A stretch of DNA of 64,000 nt from Leptospirales bacterium (GTDB lineage Bacteria; Spirochaetota; Leptospiria; Turneriellales; JAOUFE01): the NCBI GenBank assembly GCA_040326155.1, contig JBEQLE010000015.1:1-64000 (forward strand), in the 5' to 3' direction. The translations under genes and the position numbers were made by a program. Positions 1 to 9,670 of the stretch are shown here, in pieces. Under the pieces are notes generated by a model. The model had not been told where the DNA came from. It ran no database searches and worked only from the letters and a program-made list of their open reading frames with translations. The first letter of the stretch is position 1. Every line of letters begins with the position of its first letter.

Positions 1-926
1 GTCAAAAACAGTGAGTCTGTTTTTTCAAGAACCCCCGATTTTATTAAAGTACAATTTTTAATAAATTCTAGAAAATCACGTAGAAAATTCTTCAAATTGT
101 ATCCATCGGTGTGCAGTTTTTCCAGCAACTCCAGCGACGATTTCAGGTTTCGCGTTCTCAGATTTTCAAGAAAACTTGCATATAAATCACCTGGTATAAT
201 ACCTAAAATTTCAATAACAGTTTTTTCATTGAGCTTCGTACCAGCGCAATACGAGAGGGCCTGGTCTAACAGTGAAATGGCATCTCTCATGGAACCTTCG
301 CCTTTTCTGGCAATAGGGGTTAACGCTTGCGGTTCAAACTCAATGGCTTCTTTTGTAAGAATCGTTTCTAGACGTTGAACAATTTCGTTTTCGTTGAATT
401 TTTTAAATGCAAAGCTTTGACAACGAGACAGTATCGTTTCGGGTATTTTATGATATTCGGTCGTAGCCATAATAAATACCGCGTGCGGAGGTGGTTCTTC
501 CAGGGTTTTCAACAAAGCATTAAACGATTCAGTGGTCAACATATGCACTTCATCGATTATATAAATCTTATGTTTCGACTTCATGGGTGAAAACCGGACG
601 TTTTCTCGAAGATCTCGAATATGGTCAATACCCCGGTTGGAAGCCGCGTCCATCTCAATTACATCGATATTTCGACCTTGAGCTATTTCAACGCAGTTTT
701 CGCATTCACCGCAAGGGTGAGTTGATACCCCATTGGTCTGGCAGTTCAAACATTTGGCGAAAATTCGAGCTGTAGATGTTTTTCCTACTCCACGCGAACC
801 AAAGAAAAGATAAGCGTGAGAAACACGGTCAAACTCAATGGCATTTTTTAAAGATTGAGATGCGTGCAGCTGTCCCGCCAGATCTTCAAAGTTGTTAGGT
901 CGATATTTTAGTGCAAGTGACGCCAT
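1..926 (-). CDS. dnaX: DNA polymerase III subunit gamma/tau (5' part; runs off window)
   Basis: Not in ORF track (truncated). Minus strand from ATG at 926 reads MASLALKYRPNNFEDLAGQ...HAYLFFGSRGVGKTSTARIFAKCLNC (KYRP motif, Walker A, Zn Cys). Confidence 0.95.
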   Translation of the reverse strand, partial: MASLALKYRPNNFEDLAGQLHASQSLKNAIEFDRVSHAYLFFGSRGVGKTSTARIFAKCLNCQTNGVSTHPCGECENCVEIAQGRNIDVIEMDAASNRGIDHIRDLRENVRFSPMKSKHKIYIIDEVHMLTTESFNALLKTLEEPPPHAVFIMATTEYHKIPETILSRCQSFAFKKFNENEIVQRLETILTKEAIEFEPQALTPIARKGEGSMRDAISLLDQALSYCAGTKLNEKTVIEILGIIPGDLYASFLENLRTRNLKSSLELLEKLHTDGYNLKNFLRDFLEFIKNCTLIKSGVLEKTDSLFL

Positions 927-929
927 ATT

Positions 930-3449
930 TTATCTTAAATCCATTATATTGGGGTCGGTAAAACAGGGGTTTGTACCGTCAGGTGGGTTAATTGTGGGGT
1001 CCAGTGTCGGGTCAACGAAAGTCGTTTCGCCATTTACCTCTTCTTGAGTTTGTGTTGGCTCTGTTCCCGGTACAAAAACCTCCGTTGCAGTTTCAGGGCA
1101 AGTAGGGCCGGGTAGCATTCCTGTTGTTTTACAAATAGTAACTACTCTTAAACTGGAAGTTACAATATGAGGTTTTTCATTTATAAGATATTGCTGTACT
1201 AAATATTGATAATAACCCCAAGCTGGTGCAGATACGGCTCCTCCGGCTTGTCCAGACCCAAGGCTGATTGTCGGTTTATCGAAACCAACCCAGATTGCTG
1301 AAGTGTAACGCTGGTTAAAACCCACAAACCAGGCGTCCCGGTAGTTGTTGGTGGTTCCTGTTTTACCACCCGCAAAACCACGATAGTTGCGTCGAACCAG
1401 ACTTCCTGTTCCCCGGTATACCACATCTTTTAACAAACTTACCATTAAAGAAGCGGTTCCAGGTTGAAGCAGTTGAACAGGTTCAACATTTCCATCTTTT
1501 AGAGCGTCGAAATAGACATTTCCGTCTTTATCTGAAATCTTTTTAATTGTAATAAGATGCAGTGAAAGTCCACCTCTGGGAAAAAGCGAAAATGCTCTGG
1601 CCAATTGTAAAGGGGATACTTCGTAAGAACCAAGAGCCACCGAAAGGTTGTAGGGAATCTCTTTAGGGTCGACGTACAATTGACGCGCAATAATAGGAAA
1701 CATATTGCCGAGCCCAACCTCTCTGGTTATGGCTATGGACACCATATTGATGGACAACCGAAGAGCGTCGCGAACGGAAATAAAACCGCGATACCCCAGC
1801 GAGTAATTTTCGGGCATCCAGACATCTCCTCCGACATCAAGCATAATCAGTGGTGTGTCGGGGAATATAGAAGCAGCGGTAATTTGGCGTAACTCAATGG
1901 CTGCGGCATATAAAATCGGCTTAAATGTCGAGCCGGGTTGGCGTTTCATTTGAACCGTACGGTTAATCTGGTTTGTGGCGCTAAAGGGAGTGCCGCCGAC
2001 CATCGCGGTAATTTCGCCTGTTTTATTATCGATTTCAATAAAAGCTCCCTGCACCGTTGAATAATACTGAGCATAGGGGTTGTTTTTACGTAGGTAATCT
2101 ATAGTTTTGTTTAGTTTAGCATCGGCGCCAAGTGCAAACGATAGTATTTCAAAGTTTTCGGCCAGCTCAGAGTGGTAATACAACTCCACCTCGTATTGTT
2201 CCAGAGAGCGTTGTACAGCAAAGTCTTCATAACCAAATAGAGTTTGAATCAAGTGGGCTGACTCAGAGTATTTCTCTGACATCTCTATTTGTTTGCTAAA
2301 AACTTTCACCGGTGATTTTTCATTCGTTTCGGCTATTGTTTTCCAGAGAGTTTGTTGCGCTTTAGCCTGGTGGTCAAGATCTAAACTGGTTTCAATAATG
2401 AGACCTTTTTGATAGAGCATCTCTTCGCCATATTTTTTTACCAGGTCTCGACGAATGTGTTCTGTATAATAAGGGGCAAGATCGACACGCCGTCCGAAAG
2501 CGGTTTCATTCGGTGAAATATTTAAAGAACCATAATATAGTAAGAGCTCACGAAACTCTTCTTCGGCACCAGCCAACGAAATATACCCCATATCCACCAT
2601 TTTCAAAAGAACTTGCCGAACTTTTTCCTGAGATTTGTGAGGATATTTAATCGGAGAATAACCGTTTGGAGCAGAAGGTAGACTGGCTAAAATTGCCGCC
2701 TGTCCCAATGAAATTTCGGCAACCGGTTTACCAAAATAAAACCGGGAAGCAGCCTCAACCCCGTAATTCCCATGACCAAAGTAGATCTGGTTAAAATACA
2801 TGTTGAGAATTTCATCTTTAGTGTAAGTGTAATCGAGATAGAGCGACATGAACGCTTCTTTTATTTTTCGAGTATAAGTACGACTACCGTCGGTTAAAAC
2901 AACCTTGGTAAGTTGTTGGGTAATGGTAGAACCGCCCTGTGAAATACCACCCGAAACCAGGTTTTTTAAAAAAGCACGAAACATAGCGCTCGGGTTAATT
3001 CCATGATGTTCATAGAAACGATTATCTTCCATGGCGATAAAAGCCTGTGGAAGCACATCGGGTACTTCATCCATCGTGACCATAATACGATGATCTTTAA
3101 AGAATGTCGTTATTAAACGTCCTTTTCGGTCTAAAACTTTCGAAGGAATAGGGGGGGTATAATCTTTCAGTTGCCTGACAGCGTTAAAATCTACCCAGAT
3201 GGAAATAAACAAATATACAGATAAAAAACCGATTAAAGAGAACCCTACAAACCAGGTGAAGTAAAAACTGCGGCGTCTTTTCGTCGTAAAAAAATAATCG
3301 ACTATGGCAGTCGAAAATTCTGTAATAACGCGCAGAATATAAGCCATCTTCAATAACAGGCGATAAGACGACATATTGTAAAGTATTATACTGTTTATTC
3401 TTTTCAGCAATTCACTGGGTATCTCGGCAGACAAACAGTGCATTGACAT
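930..3449 (-). CDS. mrcA: Class A penicillin-binding protein (PBP1A family); true start probably ATG at 3347
   Basis: N-terminal TM helix; transglycosylase motifs EDNRFYEHHG and GGSTITQQL; transpeptidase motifs STFK, SIN, KTG. Confidence 0.92.
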   Translation of the reverse strand: MSMHCLSAEIPSELLKRINSIILYNMSSYRLLLKMAYILRVITEFSTAIVDYFFTTKRRRSFYFTWFVGFSLIGFLSVYLFISIWVDFNAVRQLKDYTPPIPSKVLDRKGRLITTFFKDHRIMVTMDEVPDVLPQAFIAMEDNRFYEHHGINPSAMFRAFLKNLVSGGISQGGSTITQQLTKVVLTDGSRTYTRKIKEAFMSLYLDYTYTKDEILNMYFNQIYFGHGNYGVEAASRFYFGKPVAEISLGQAAILASLPSAPNGYSPIKYPHKSQEKVRQVLLKMVDMGYISLAGAEEEFRELLLYYGSLNISPNETAFGRRVDLAPYYTEHIRRDLVKKYGEEMLYQKGLIIETSLDLDHQAKAQQTLWKTIAETNEKSPVKVFSKQIEMSEKYSESAHLIQTLFGYEDFAVQRSLEQYEVELYYHSELAENFEILSFALGADAKLNKTIDYLRKNNPYAQYYSTVQGAFIEIDNKTGEITAMVGGTPFSATNQINRTVQMKRQPGSTFKPILYAAAIELRQITAASIFPDTPLIMLDVGGDVWMPENYSLGYRGFISVRDALRLSINMVSIAITREVGLGNMFPIIARQLYVDPKEIPYNLSVALGSYEVSPLQLARAFSLFPRGGLSLHLITIKKISDKDGNVYFDALKDGNVEPVQLLQPGTASLMVSLLKDVVYRGTGSLVRRNYRGFAGGKTGTTNNYRDAWFVGFNQRYTSAIWVGFDKPTISLGSGQAGGAVSAPAWGYYQYLVQQYLINEKPHIVTSSLRVVTICKTTGMLPGPTCPETATEVFVPGTEPTQTQEEVNGETTFVDPTLDPTINPPDGTNPCFTDPNIMDLR

Positions 3450-3548
3450 TTTTCTCTCGATAAAGATACTATTTTTCAGTTATTACAGTATCAACATGAA
3501 AATAAGAATGATAAAACTCAATAGGAAGTGTAAACAGCATGATTGCGT

Positions 3549-4220
3549 TTATTTCTCCTGGTCTGAACGGGTAATGATCAGACGCATAGCGCTACTCTTC
3601 TGAGACTCTCCCAGAAAAAAAGTAAAGTTGTAATCGCGAATTTTACTCGAAAAATGTTTATAAGCTATAATTTGGGTCACTTCTTCACCTTTTTTAACAT
3701 CATAGGTTTTGCCGGGTTCTACTTTTTCATAGAACGTCTCTTCCGAGTGTGCAATATTGTTTCTGGTAGTAACAAACAGTGAAAATAGATTATGGTATTT
3801 AAATAGTTGATACGAGGCCGAAGTAAACGATGTTTCATAATCTTTTTGACCAATTGAATTATACGTTAGCCCTGTTGAATCGGTAAAGTAGGTAGATAAG
3901 AAGTTTACACTAAGAGCATTGTCAGAATTATTTTTAATTCTGTATTTAACAAAAGTCAAAGGCGGAACCCGTGAATTATCAGGAAAGTCGTTAAACATAT
4001 TCATTGTAACAAGATACATGGCAATCTCTTTGGGCTCCAGTATTTTCATGTATAATGTTACGGAATCTTTCTCATAAATGACAATTTCATCAGGTGGAGT
4101 TTTTTGAACATTATCTTTTAAAAGGACTAAAGAGTACGTCAATTGTGGATTGCGAATTACAAAGAAATTGCATTGAACAAACAAAAGTATCGGTAACATT
4201 AGTAGGTTTGTCTTTTTCAT
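3549..4220 (-). CDS. Hypothetical lipoprotein
   Basis: ORF 3549..4244; from ATG 4220 MKKTNLLMLPILLFVQC gives a basic N-terminus, hydrophobic core and lipobox-like Cys. Confidence 0.7.
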   Translation of the reverse strand: MKKTNLLMLPILLFVQCNFFVIRNPQLTYSLVLLKDNVQKTPPDEIVIYEKDSVTLYMKILEPKEIAMYLVTMNMFNDFPDNSRVPPLTFVKYRIKNNSDNALSVNFLSTYFTDSTGLTYNSIGQKDYETSFTSASYQLFKYHNLFSLFVTTRNNIAHSEETFYEKVEPGKTYDVKKGEEVTQIIAYKHFSSKIRDYNFTFFLGESQKSSAMRLIITRSDQEK

Positions 4221-4334
4221 GCAGGTTCCCGTCGTCACTTCCATATCTCATACACCAGTGCTGTGGAAAAGTAGAATTTCCTTCTTTGTTTCTTCTTGAC
4301 AGGTGGAAACAAAGTTTACTCATTATTGACAAAT

Positions 4335-4994
4335 ATGCGGTATCGTTCAATAAAAATTTGTGGAATTACCAACCTGGAGGACGCTCTCTGGGCTGTAGCG
4401 CAAGGCGCCGATTTTCTTGGTATGGTCATGCATAAACAATCGAAGAGATGTTGTTCTGTTGAAAACGCTGAAAATATTAACTCGATACTGGGTTCACGTC
4501 CACGGGTTTTAGTATTTGGCAAAGATCCGGCAGAGGTTGTAATCGATTTGTATAATTCTTTAAAAGACCCTTTATTATTTGTTCAATACCCGAATGACAG
4601 TGAAGATTTTTTACAAGTAGAAAAAGAGATCGGTTTCGAACGTCTTATTCCCTCTTTCGGGGTAAGCTCCGACTTTAAACCGATTGAACTTGAAAAGCTA
4701 AAACAATATGCCTGGATAGTCTTAGATACCGGGGGGGTAAAAAGCGCTACCGGACAGATTTTAGACGGAGGTACCGGGTTAACTTTTGACTGGAACCTGG
4801 TAAAAAACATAAAGCGACCCTATTTTTTAGCAGGTGGGTTAAACCCAGATAACGTGAAAGAGGCCGCAAAAATAATCGACCCCTTTGGCTTCGATGTGGC
4901 AAGCGGCATAGAAAGCTCACCCGGCAAAAAAGACCCGAAACTGGTCAGCCAATTTATAGAAAATTCGAGAGTGTTTGATAATGGCGAAAACTGA
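4335..4994 (+). CDS. trpF: Phosphoribosylanthranilate isomerase
   Basis: IKICGITN, GADFLG, GGTGLTFDW, LAGGLNPDNV, DVASGIESSPGKKD motifs; ATG at 4335. Confidence 0.95.
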   Translation: MRYRSIKICGITNLEDALWAVAQGADFLGMVMHKQSKRCCSVENAENINSILGSRPRVLVFGKDPAEVVIDLYNSLKDPLLFVQYPNDSEDFLQVEKEIGFERLIPSFGVSSDFKPIELEKLKQYAWIVLDTGGVKSATGQILDGGTGLTFDWNLVKNIKRPYFLAGGLNPDNVKEAAKIIDPFGFDVASGIESSPGKKDPKLVSQFIENSRVFDNGEN

Positions 4995-7488
4995 AGACGA
5001 TAATACTAAAACCAAAATGACACCTATGATGCGTCAATATTGGGAAATAAAAGAGCGTTACAAAGATGAAGTTTTGTATTTTCGCATGGGCGATTTTTAC
5101 GAGATGTTTTATGAAGACGCTGTTTACGCTTCCGGGGTTTTAAATATTGCGCTGACTCGTAGACAAGACGGAATTCCAATGTGCGGAGTTCCGCATCATG
5201 CTTTGCAAAATTACGTTCACCCGGTTTTAGAAGATGGTAAGAACATTGCCATATGCGACCAGATAGAAGATCCGTCTGAAGCCAAAGGAATCGTAAAAAG
5301 AGACGTTACCCGAATTTTAACTCCGGGCAGTTTATACGAAGAAGGGTTATTGACCGAAAGCGAAAGGCGAATGCTGGCTTCGGTTATTCAAATTGAAAAA
5401 GGGGAATACCTTGCGGCGGTAGCCGATGTTTCTACCGGTGACATTCGGTTGAGTAAAACAGATAGCCCCGAAAATGATTCGAATATTCAAAGTAAAGGGG
5501 TTCGTGAAATTATTGTTGAAGATAAAAGCATTTTAACGGCTAACATGGCCATACCCCTGTTTGAAAGAAATTATTTTCTATCTGCTCGAATAGCAGATAT
5601 TGTTCTGAAGGCTTATAATATAAAATCTATTGAAATTCTCGAACTAGACGAGAACGAGCAAAAAGTTCTGGCGCTGCTATTTTCTTATATACGTGAAATT
5701 ATGCCCCGTTTTGTCAGTGTCTGGAAAAAGCCCATAAAAGATTACCGAAAAAAAAGTCTTATAATGGATGAACCCGCTATGAGGACGCTCGAAGTATTAA
5801 AAAGTCAGTCGGGTGAAAAAAAAGGGTCTTTGCTCGGAACGCTTGATTACACAAAGACGGCCGGTGGAAAAAGGATGTTGGCAGATTTTCTGGCTGCTCC
5901 AAGCACTAATGTAGATGAAATAAAAAAACGACACGATGTAGTTGAATATGCCGCAAAAGAAGAAGGTACCTACACAGAAATTCGAAACAGCATTCGCTCA
6001 GCGTATGACCTGGAACGACTGATTATGTCCTTGCAAAACTCACCCCAGGTTCGTCATCTTGGACAATTGCGAGATACTCTGGTTTGTATTCACAGTTTGC
6101 GCGAGATCTTAGCTAAAGATAGCAATCTTCCTTCTTTAATAACTGACCACTGGACAAAAAATGATTTTCCCGAAGAGCTGCGCACATATCTAAATAACAC
6201 AATACTCGAAGTCGATTTGCCCCCGGTGTTAGATGATCGAAGATTTGTAAAACCTGGCGTAAACGCAGAACTCGATGAACTTTGTTACGTCGCAGAATCG
6301 GCGGGAAAAATTATTGTTGAGTTTGAAAAGAGCGAAAGAGAGAAGTGGGGAATTCAAAACTTACGAGTAAAATACAATAAAGTCATTGGATATTTTATAG
6401 AAATTTCAAAAGGACAGGCTGAAAAAGCTCCCAAAAATTATCAGAGAAGGCAAACTTTGGTAAACGGTGAGCGCTATACAACCGAAGAACTTAAAGAACT
6501 CGAAATAAAAATTTTATCAGCCCGCGAAGAAATTATACGTGTTCAGAGAAAAATTTTCAATGAAACCATTGAAAAAATTACTATTTTTAAAGAGTCGCTT
6601 CGAAACTGGGCTTATCGAGTTTCCACATTAGACGTTTTATTTGGTTTTGCCGAAGCGTCTTTAGTGAACCAATATACGCGACCTGAGATCGTCGAAGACG
6701 GCGACCTTGTGTTAAAAAAATCCCGACATCCGGTGGTTGAGGTATTGTTTCGCGAAGAGATTTTTGTGCCAAACGATGTGCATTTAAACAATAAAGAGAG
6801 GCACTTAGCTATATTGACCGGCCCGAATATGGCAGGTAAATCGACTTTTATTCGCCAGGTGGGTCTGGTTCAGATTATGGCGCAAACTGGCTCTTTTATT
6901 CCAGCCGAATATGGGCGAATGCCAATTGTAGATAGAATTTTTACCAGAATTGGGGCTTATGACCGACTGTCTCGAGGTGAAAGTACTTTTTACGTAGAAA
7001 TGTCTGAATGTGCCAGGATATTCCAGCATTTTACCGAGAAATCTCTTATTTTACTTGATGAGGTGGGGCGTGGAACCTCAACTTTTGACGGTATTAGTAT
7101 CGCCCGTGCCATGGTGGAATATTTAAATGACGCTGCACATGGAAAACCAAAAACATTGTTTGCAACCCATTATGGCGAAATGGCCCAGATGATCGAACCT
7201 GAAAAAGGGATAATTGGTTTGACCGTATCTGTTTTAGAAGAAAAAGATCGCATCGTCTTTTTACGTAATATTGTAGAAGGCAGTGCTGACAAATCGTATG
7301 GGATTTATGTGGCACAGTTGGCAGGTTTAAACCCTGAAATTATAGAAAGGGCGACCGTTTTATTGGGTGAACTCGAAGACGAAGGGCTTTGGTCCAAAGA
7401 ACCAATTTTTAAAAGTTCCGCAGCTTCCCCACAAAAGAAAGAAAAAAGGAGAAAACCTGCCGCAAGCGATCAACCTTCGATGTTTTAA
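4981..7488 (+). CDS. mutS: DNA mismatch repair protein MutS
   Basis: TPMMRQY, FRMGDFYEMF mismatch-binding motif, GPNMAGKST Walker A, LLDEVGRGTST, SYGIYVA; overlaps trpF stop. Confidence 0.97.
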   Translation: MAKTEDDNTKTKMTPMMRQYWEIKERYKDEVLYFRMGDFYEMFYEDAVYASGVLNIALTRRQDGIPMCGVPHHALQNYVHPVLEDGKNIAICDQIEDPSEAKGIVKRDVTRILTPGSLYEEGLLTESERRMLASVIQIEKGEYLAAVADVSTGDIRLSKTDSPENDSNIQSKGVREIIVEDKSILTANMAIPLFERNYFLSARIADIVLKAYNIKSIEILELDENEQKVLALLFSYIREIMPRFVSVWKKPIKDYRKKSLIMDEPAMRTLEVLKSQSGEKKGSLLGTLDYTKTAGGKRMLADFLAAPSTNVDEIKKRHDVVEYAAKEEGTYTEIRNSIRSAYDLERLIMSLQNSPQVRHLGQLRDTLVCIHSLREILAKDSNLPSLITDHWTKNDFPEELRTYLNNTILEVDLPPVLDDRRFVKPGVNAELDELCYVAESAGKIIVEFEKSEREKWGIQNLRVKYNKVIGYFIEISKGQAEKAPKNYQRRQTLVNGERYTTEELKELEIKILSAREEIIRVQRKIFNETIEKITIFKESLRNWAYRVSTLDVLFGFAEASLVNQYTRPEIVEDGDLVLKKSRHPVVEVLFREEIFVPNDVHLNNKERHLAILTGPNMAGKSTFIRQVGLVQIMAQTGSFIPAEYGRMPIVDRIFTRIGAYDRLSRGESTFYVEMSECARIFQHFTEKSLILLDEVGRGTSTFDGISIARAMVEYLNDAAHGKPKTLFATHYGEMAQMIEPEKGIIGLTVSVLEEKDRIVFLRNIVEGSADKSYGIYVAQLAGLNPEIIERATVLLGELEDEGLWSKEPIFKSSAASPQKKEKRRKPAASDQPSMF

Positions 7489-7585
7489 TGTCGAATTGCA
7501 TTGTATAATATTGCACTTAAATTGCCAAAATGGTGCGGGAAAAAGTTGACATTATGTCTCATAGTACTAGAGTTAGGATATCTAG

Positions 7586-9670
7586 ATGTTTAAAAGAAAA
7601 AAAATAATGTTAAGCGTTGCAATTTTGCTTATGGCAGGGTTTGCTTACGCTGTATTTATACCCCGCGTAGGCGTACAGCAATCCAAAGCTCGTGAGTCTT
7701 TTCAAAAAGGGATGCTATTGTGGAGCAACTACAATTATTCCGCATCCATCGATTTTTTTCTGGAATCACTCTCGTATGACGCTGAATTTACATTAGCCCG
7801 GAGAATGTTGGGGCAGGTTCTATATTACTCGGGTAGAATTGATGACGCTTTGAATGAGTGGCAAATTTTGTTCGACCGGGATTATTACGACCCTTCTTTA
7901 CAGTTGCACATGGAAAGTCTTCGCTCTTTTCAGGTCGCGCCCGAACCTAAATGGCGATATTTAAAGAAAATTAAAAAAGAGTCGGGGTTTCGTTACTCTT
8001 ATCCGACTTTTGTAGATACCATTGATAACAACAGTGTCATAATACTATCACAAAACGAAAAAAATGATGCCAGTTTGATGATTTTAAATTCAAACGGTGT
8101 ATTTATTGAAAATTTTAGACGAATTTCAGAAAAGCTTCAAATGCCCATGGGCGCCGCATTTAACGGAGAAGAACTCTGGGTGAGTGATATGCAGGCTGAT
8201 ATAATACATCGTCTACGTTTTGACTTTTCACGAGACGACGAAGGTGACTCTGATACCCTCGATGCTCTGGGCGGACCCGGCGAAAAAGAACTTGAATTTC
8301 GTGGACCCGCTGGTATATGTTATAATGGAAAAAACTTTTTTGTCGCTGACCAGGGCAACAACAGAATTCAGAAAATTAGCCCTCAAGGGGTTTTTTTACA
8401 AGAAATTCGAGCAGCGAGTTTTAACAGCCCCTTAATACAGCCGTTTGGAATTTCCTGTGACGCAGATAATTTATATGTGACAGAACCTCAATCGAGTAGA
8501 ATTTCACATTTTGACAATTATGGTAATTTTATTGAATATGTTTTGGAAAACGAAACGGTAACCCCGCGACATTTAAAAATGACCAACGATTATTTAATCG
8601 TGTCGGATGAAGTGAAAGGAATTATTTTATTAGACAGAAAAAGTAAAGAAATTATTGTTATTGATGGTTATTACCCGAGCGATGAAAACAAGAAAGAGAA
8701 GTTTTTACGACCATACGCGGCAACCACCGATATATTCGGAAATTTATATGTTTCTGACTATGGTTCTCACGATATTATTCAGTTTGTACCGGAGCAGTTT
8801 TTATATTCAAATCTTGAAGTCTGGGTGGAAAGAATTGACAGCGCAGATTACCCACAGGTTGGAATCTGGGTTTCGGTGAAAGACCAGTTTGGTAACCGAA
8901 TAACAGGACTCGATTCGGATAACTTTAAGGTGTATGAAAATGACGCCGACGTAGGAATTGTAGGAACAGAACACCTTGGAAAATTTCGAGATATTTCACG
9001 CTGGGTGGTTTTAAACTCTAAATCGAGAACAATGAAGAAGTATAAAGACTCCATATTATGGGTCAGTGATTTTTTTCTAAATAATATTCATGAACATGAT
9101 CGCATAGAGGTTCTAAGTTATGGGGACACCGTTCGAACCGATAGTGAGTGGACAAATTCACGACTTCGTCTGCATCAGGCTCTTGAAATGAATTCTGAAA
9201 CTGATTTTGCCACCGATAATGTGGAAGCGTTGGGAAAAGCAGTGTATACCGGAGTTACGGAACTTTTGCCTGAAAAAGGCAGCAGAGGCATAATCTGGAT
9301 AACCGATGGAAATATACGACTCGATGCTATGGGCGATTTTTCTTTAGCCCGTCTGGAAAATTACGCTCGAAATAATCATATACCGGTATTTATACTCAGT
9401 TTTGAAAATCCTGATATTCCACAATGGAAAGATAACATAAAAGTTTTGCAGGAATTTGCAAAAAAAACCCAGGGTAAGTATTATTCTATTTATAAAGACA
9501 ATTTGAATTTAATAGATGAAGACCTGCGAAGTGTAAAAGAAGACAGGTATGTACTATATTATAAAAGTAATGGTGATCGTTCCTGGAAAGATCAATATAT
9601 GGATATTAAAGTGTATGTACATTTTCAAGGCAGAACCGGAATGGAGACTGCAGGGTATTTTATTCAATGA
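7586..9670 (+). CDS. Exported TPR + NHL beta-propeller + vWA-like protein
   Basis: Signal/TM N-terminus, TPR-like helices, NHL repeats (FRGPAGI..FFVADQGNNRIQK), C-terminal vWA-like region (IIWITDG, IPVFILSF). Confidence 0.8.
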   Translation: MFKRKKIMLSVAILLMAGFAYAVFIPRVGVQQSKARESFQKGMLLWSNYNYSASIDFFLESLSYDAEFTLARRMLGQVLYYSGRIDDALNEWQILFDRDYYDPSLQLHMESLRSFQVAPEPKWRYLKKIKKESGFRYSYPTFVDTIDNNSVIILSQNEKNDASLMILNSNGVFIENFRRISEKLQMPMGAAFNGEELWVSDMQADIIHRLRFDFSRDDEGDSDTLDALGGPGEKELEFRGPAGICYNGKNFFVADQGNNRIQKISPQGVFLQEIRAASFNSPLIQPFGISCDADNLYVTEPQSSRISHFDNYGNFIEYVLENETVTPRHLKMTNDYLIVSDEVKGIILLDRKSKEIIVIDGYYPSDENKKEKFLRPYAATTDIFGNLYVSDYGSHDIIQFVPEQFLYSNLEVWVERIDSADYPQVGIWVSVKDQFGNRITGLDSDNFKVYENDADVGIVGTEHLGKFRDISRWVVLNSKSRTMKKYKDSILWVSDFFLNNIHEHDRIEVLSYGDTVRTDSEWTNSRLRLHQALEMNSETDFATDNVEALGKAVYTGVTELLPEKGSRGIIWITDGNIRLDAMGDFSLARLENYARNNHIPVFILSFENPDIPQWKDNIKVLQEFAKKTQGKYYSIYKDNLNLIDEDLRSVKEDRYVLYYKSNGDRSWKDQYMDIKVYVHFQGRTGMETAGYFIQ

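Noticed and set aside
97..775. Three short + strand ORFs
   Set aside because: Antisense shadows of dnaX, which occupies the minus strand.
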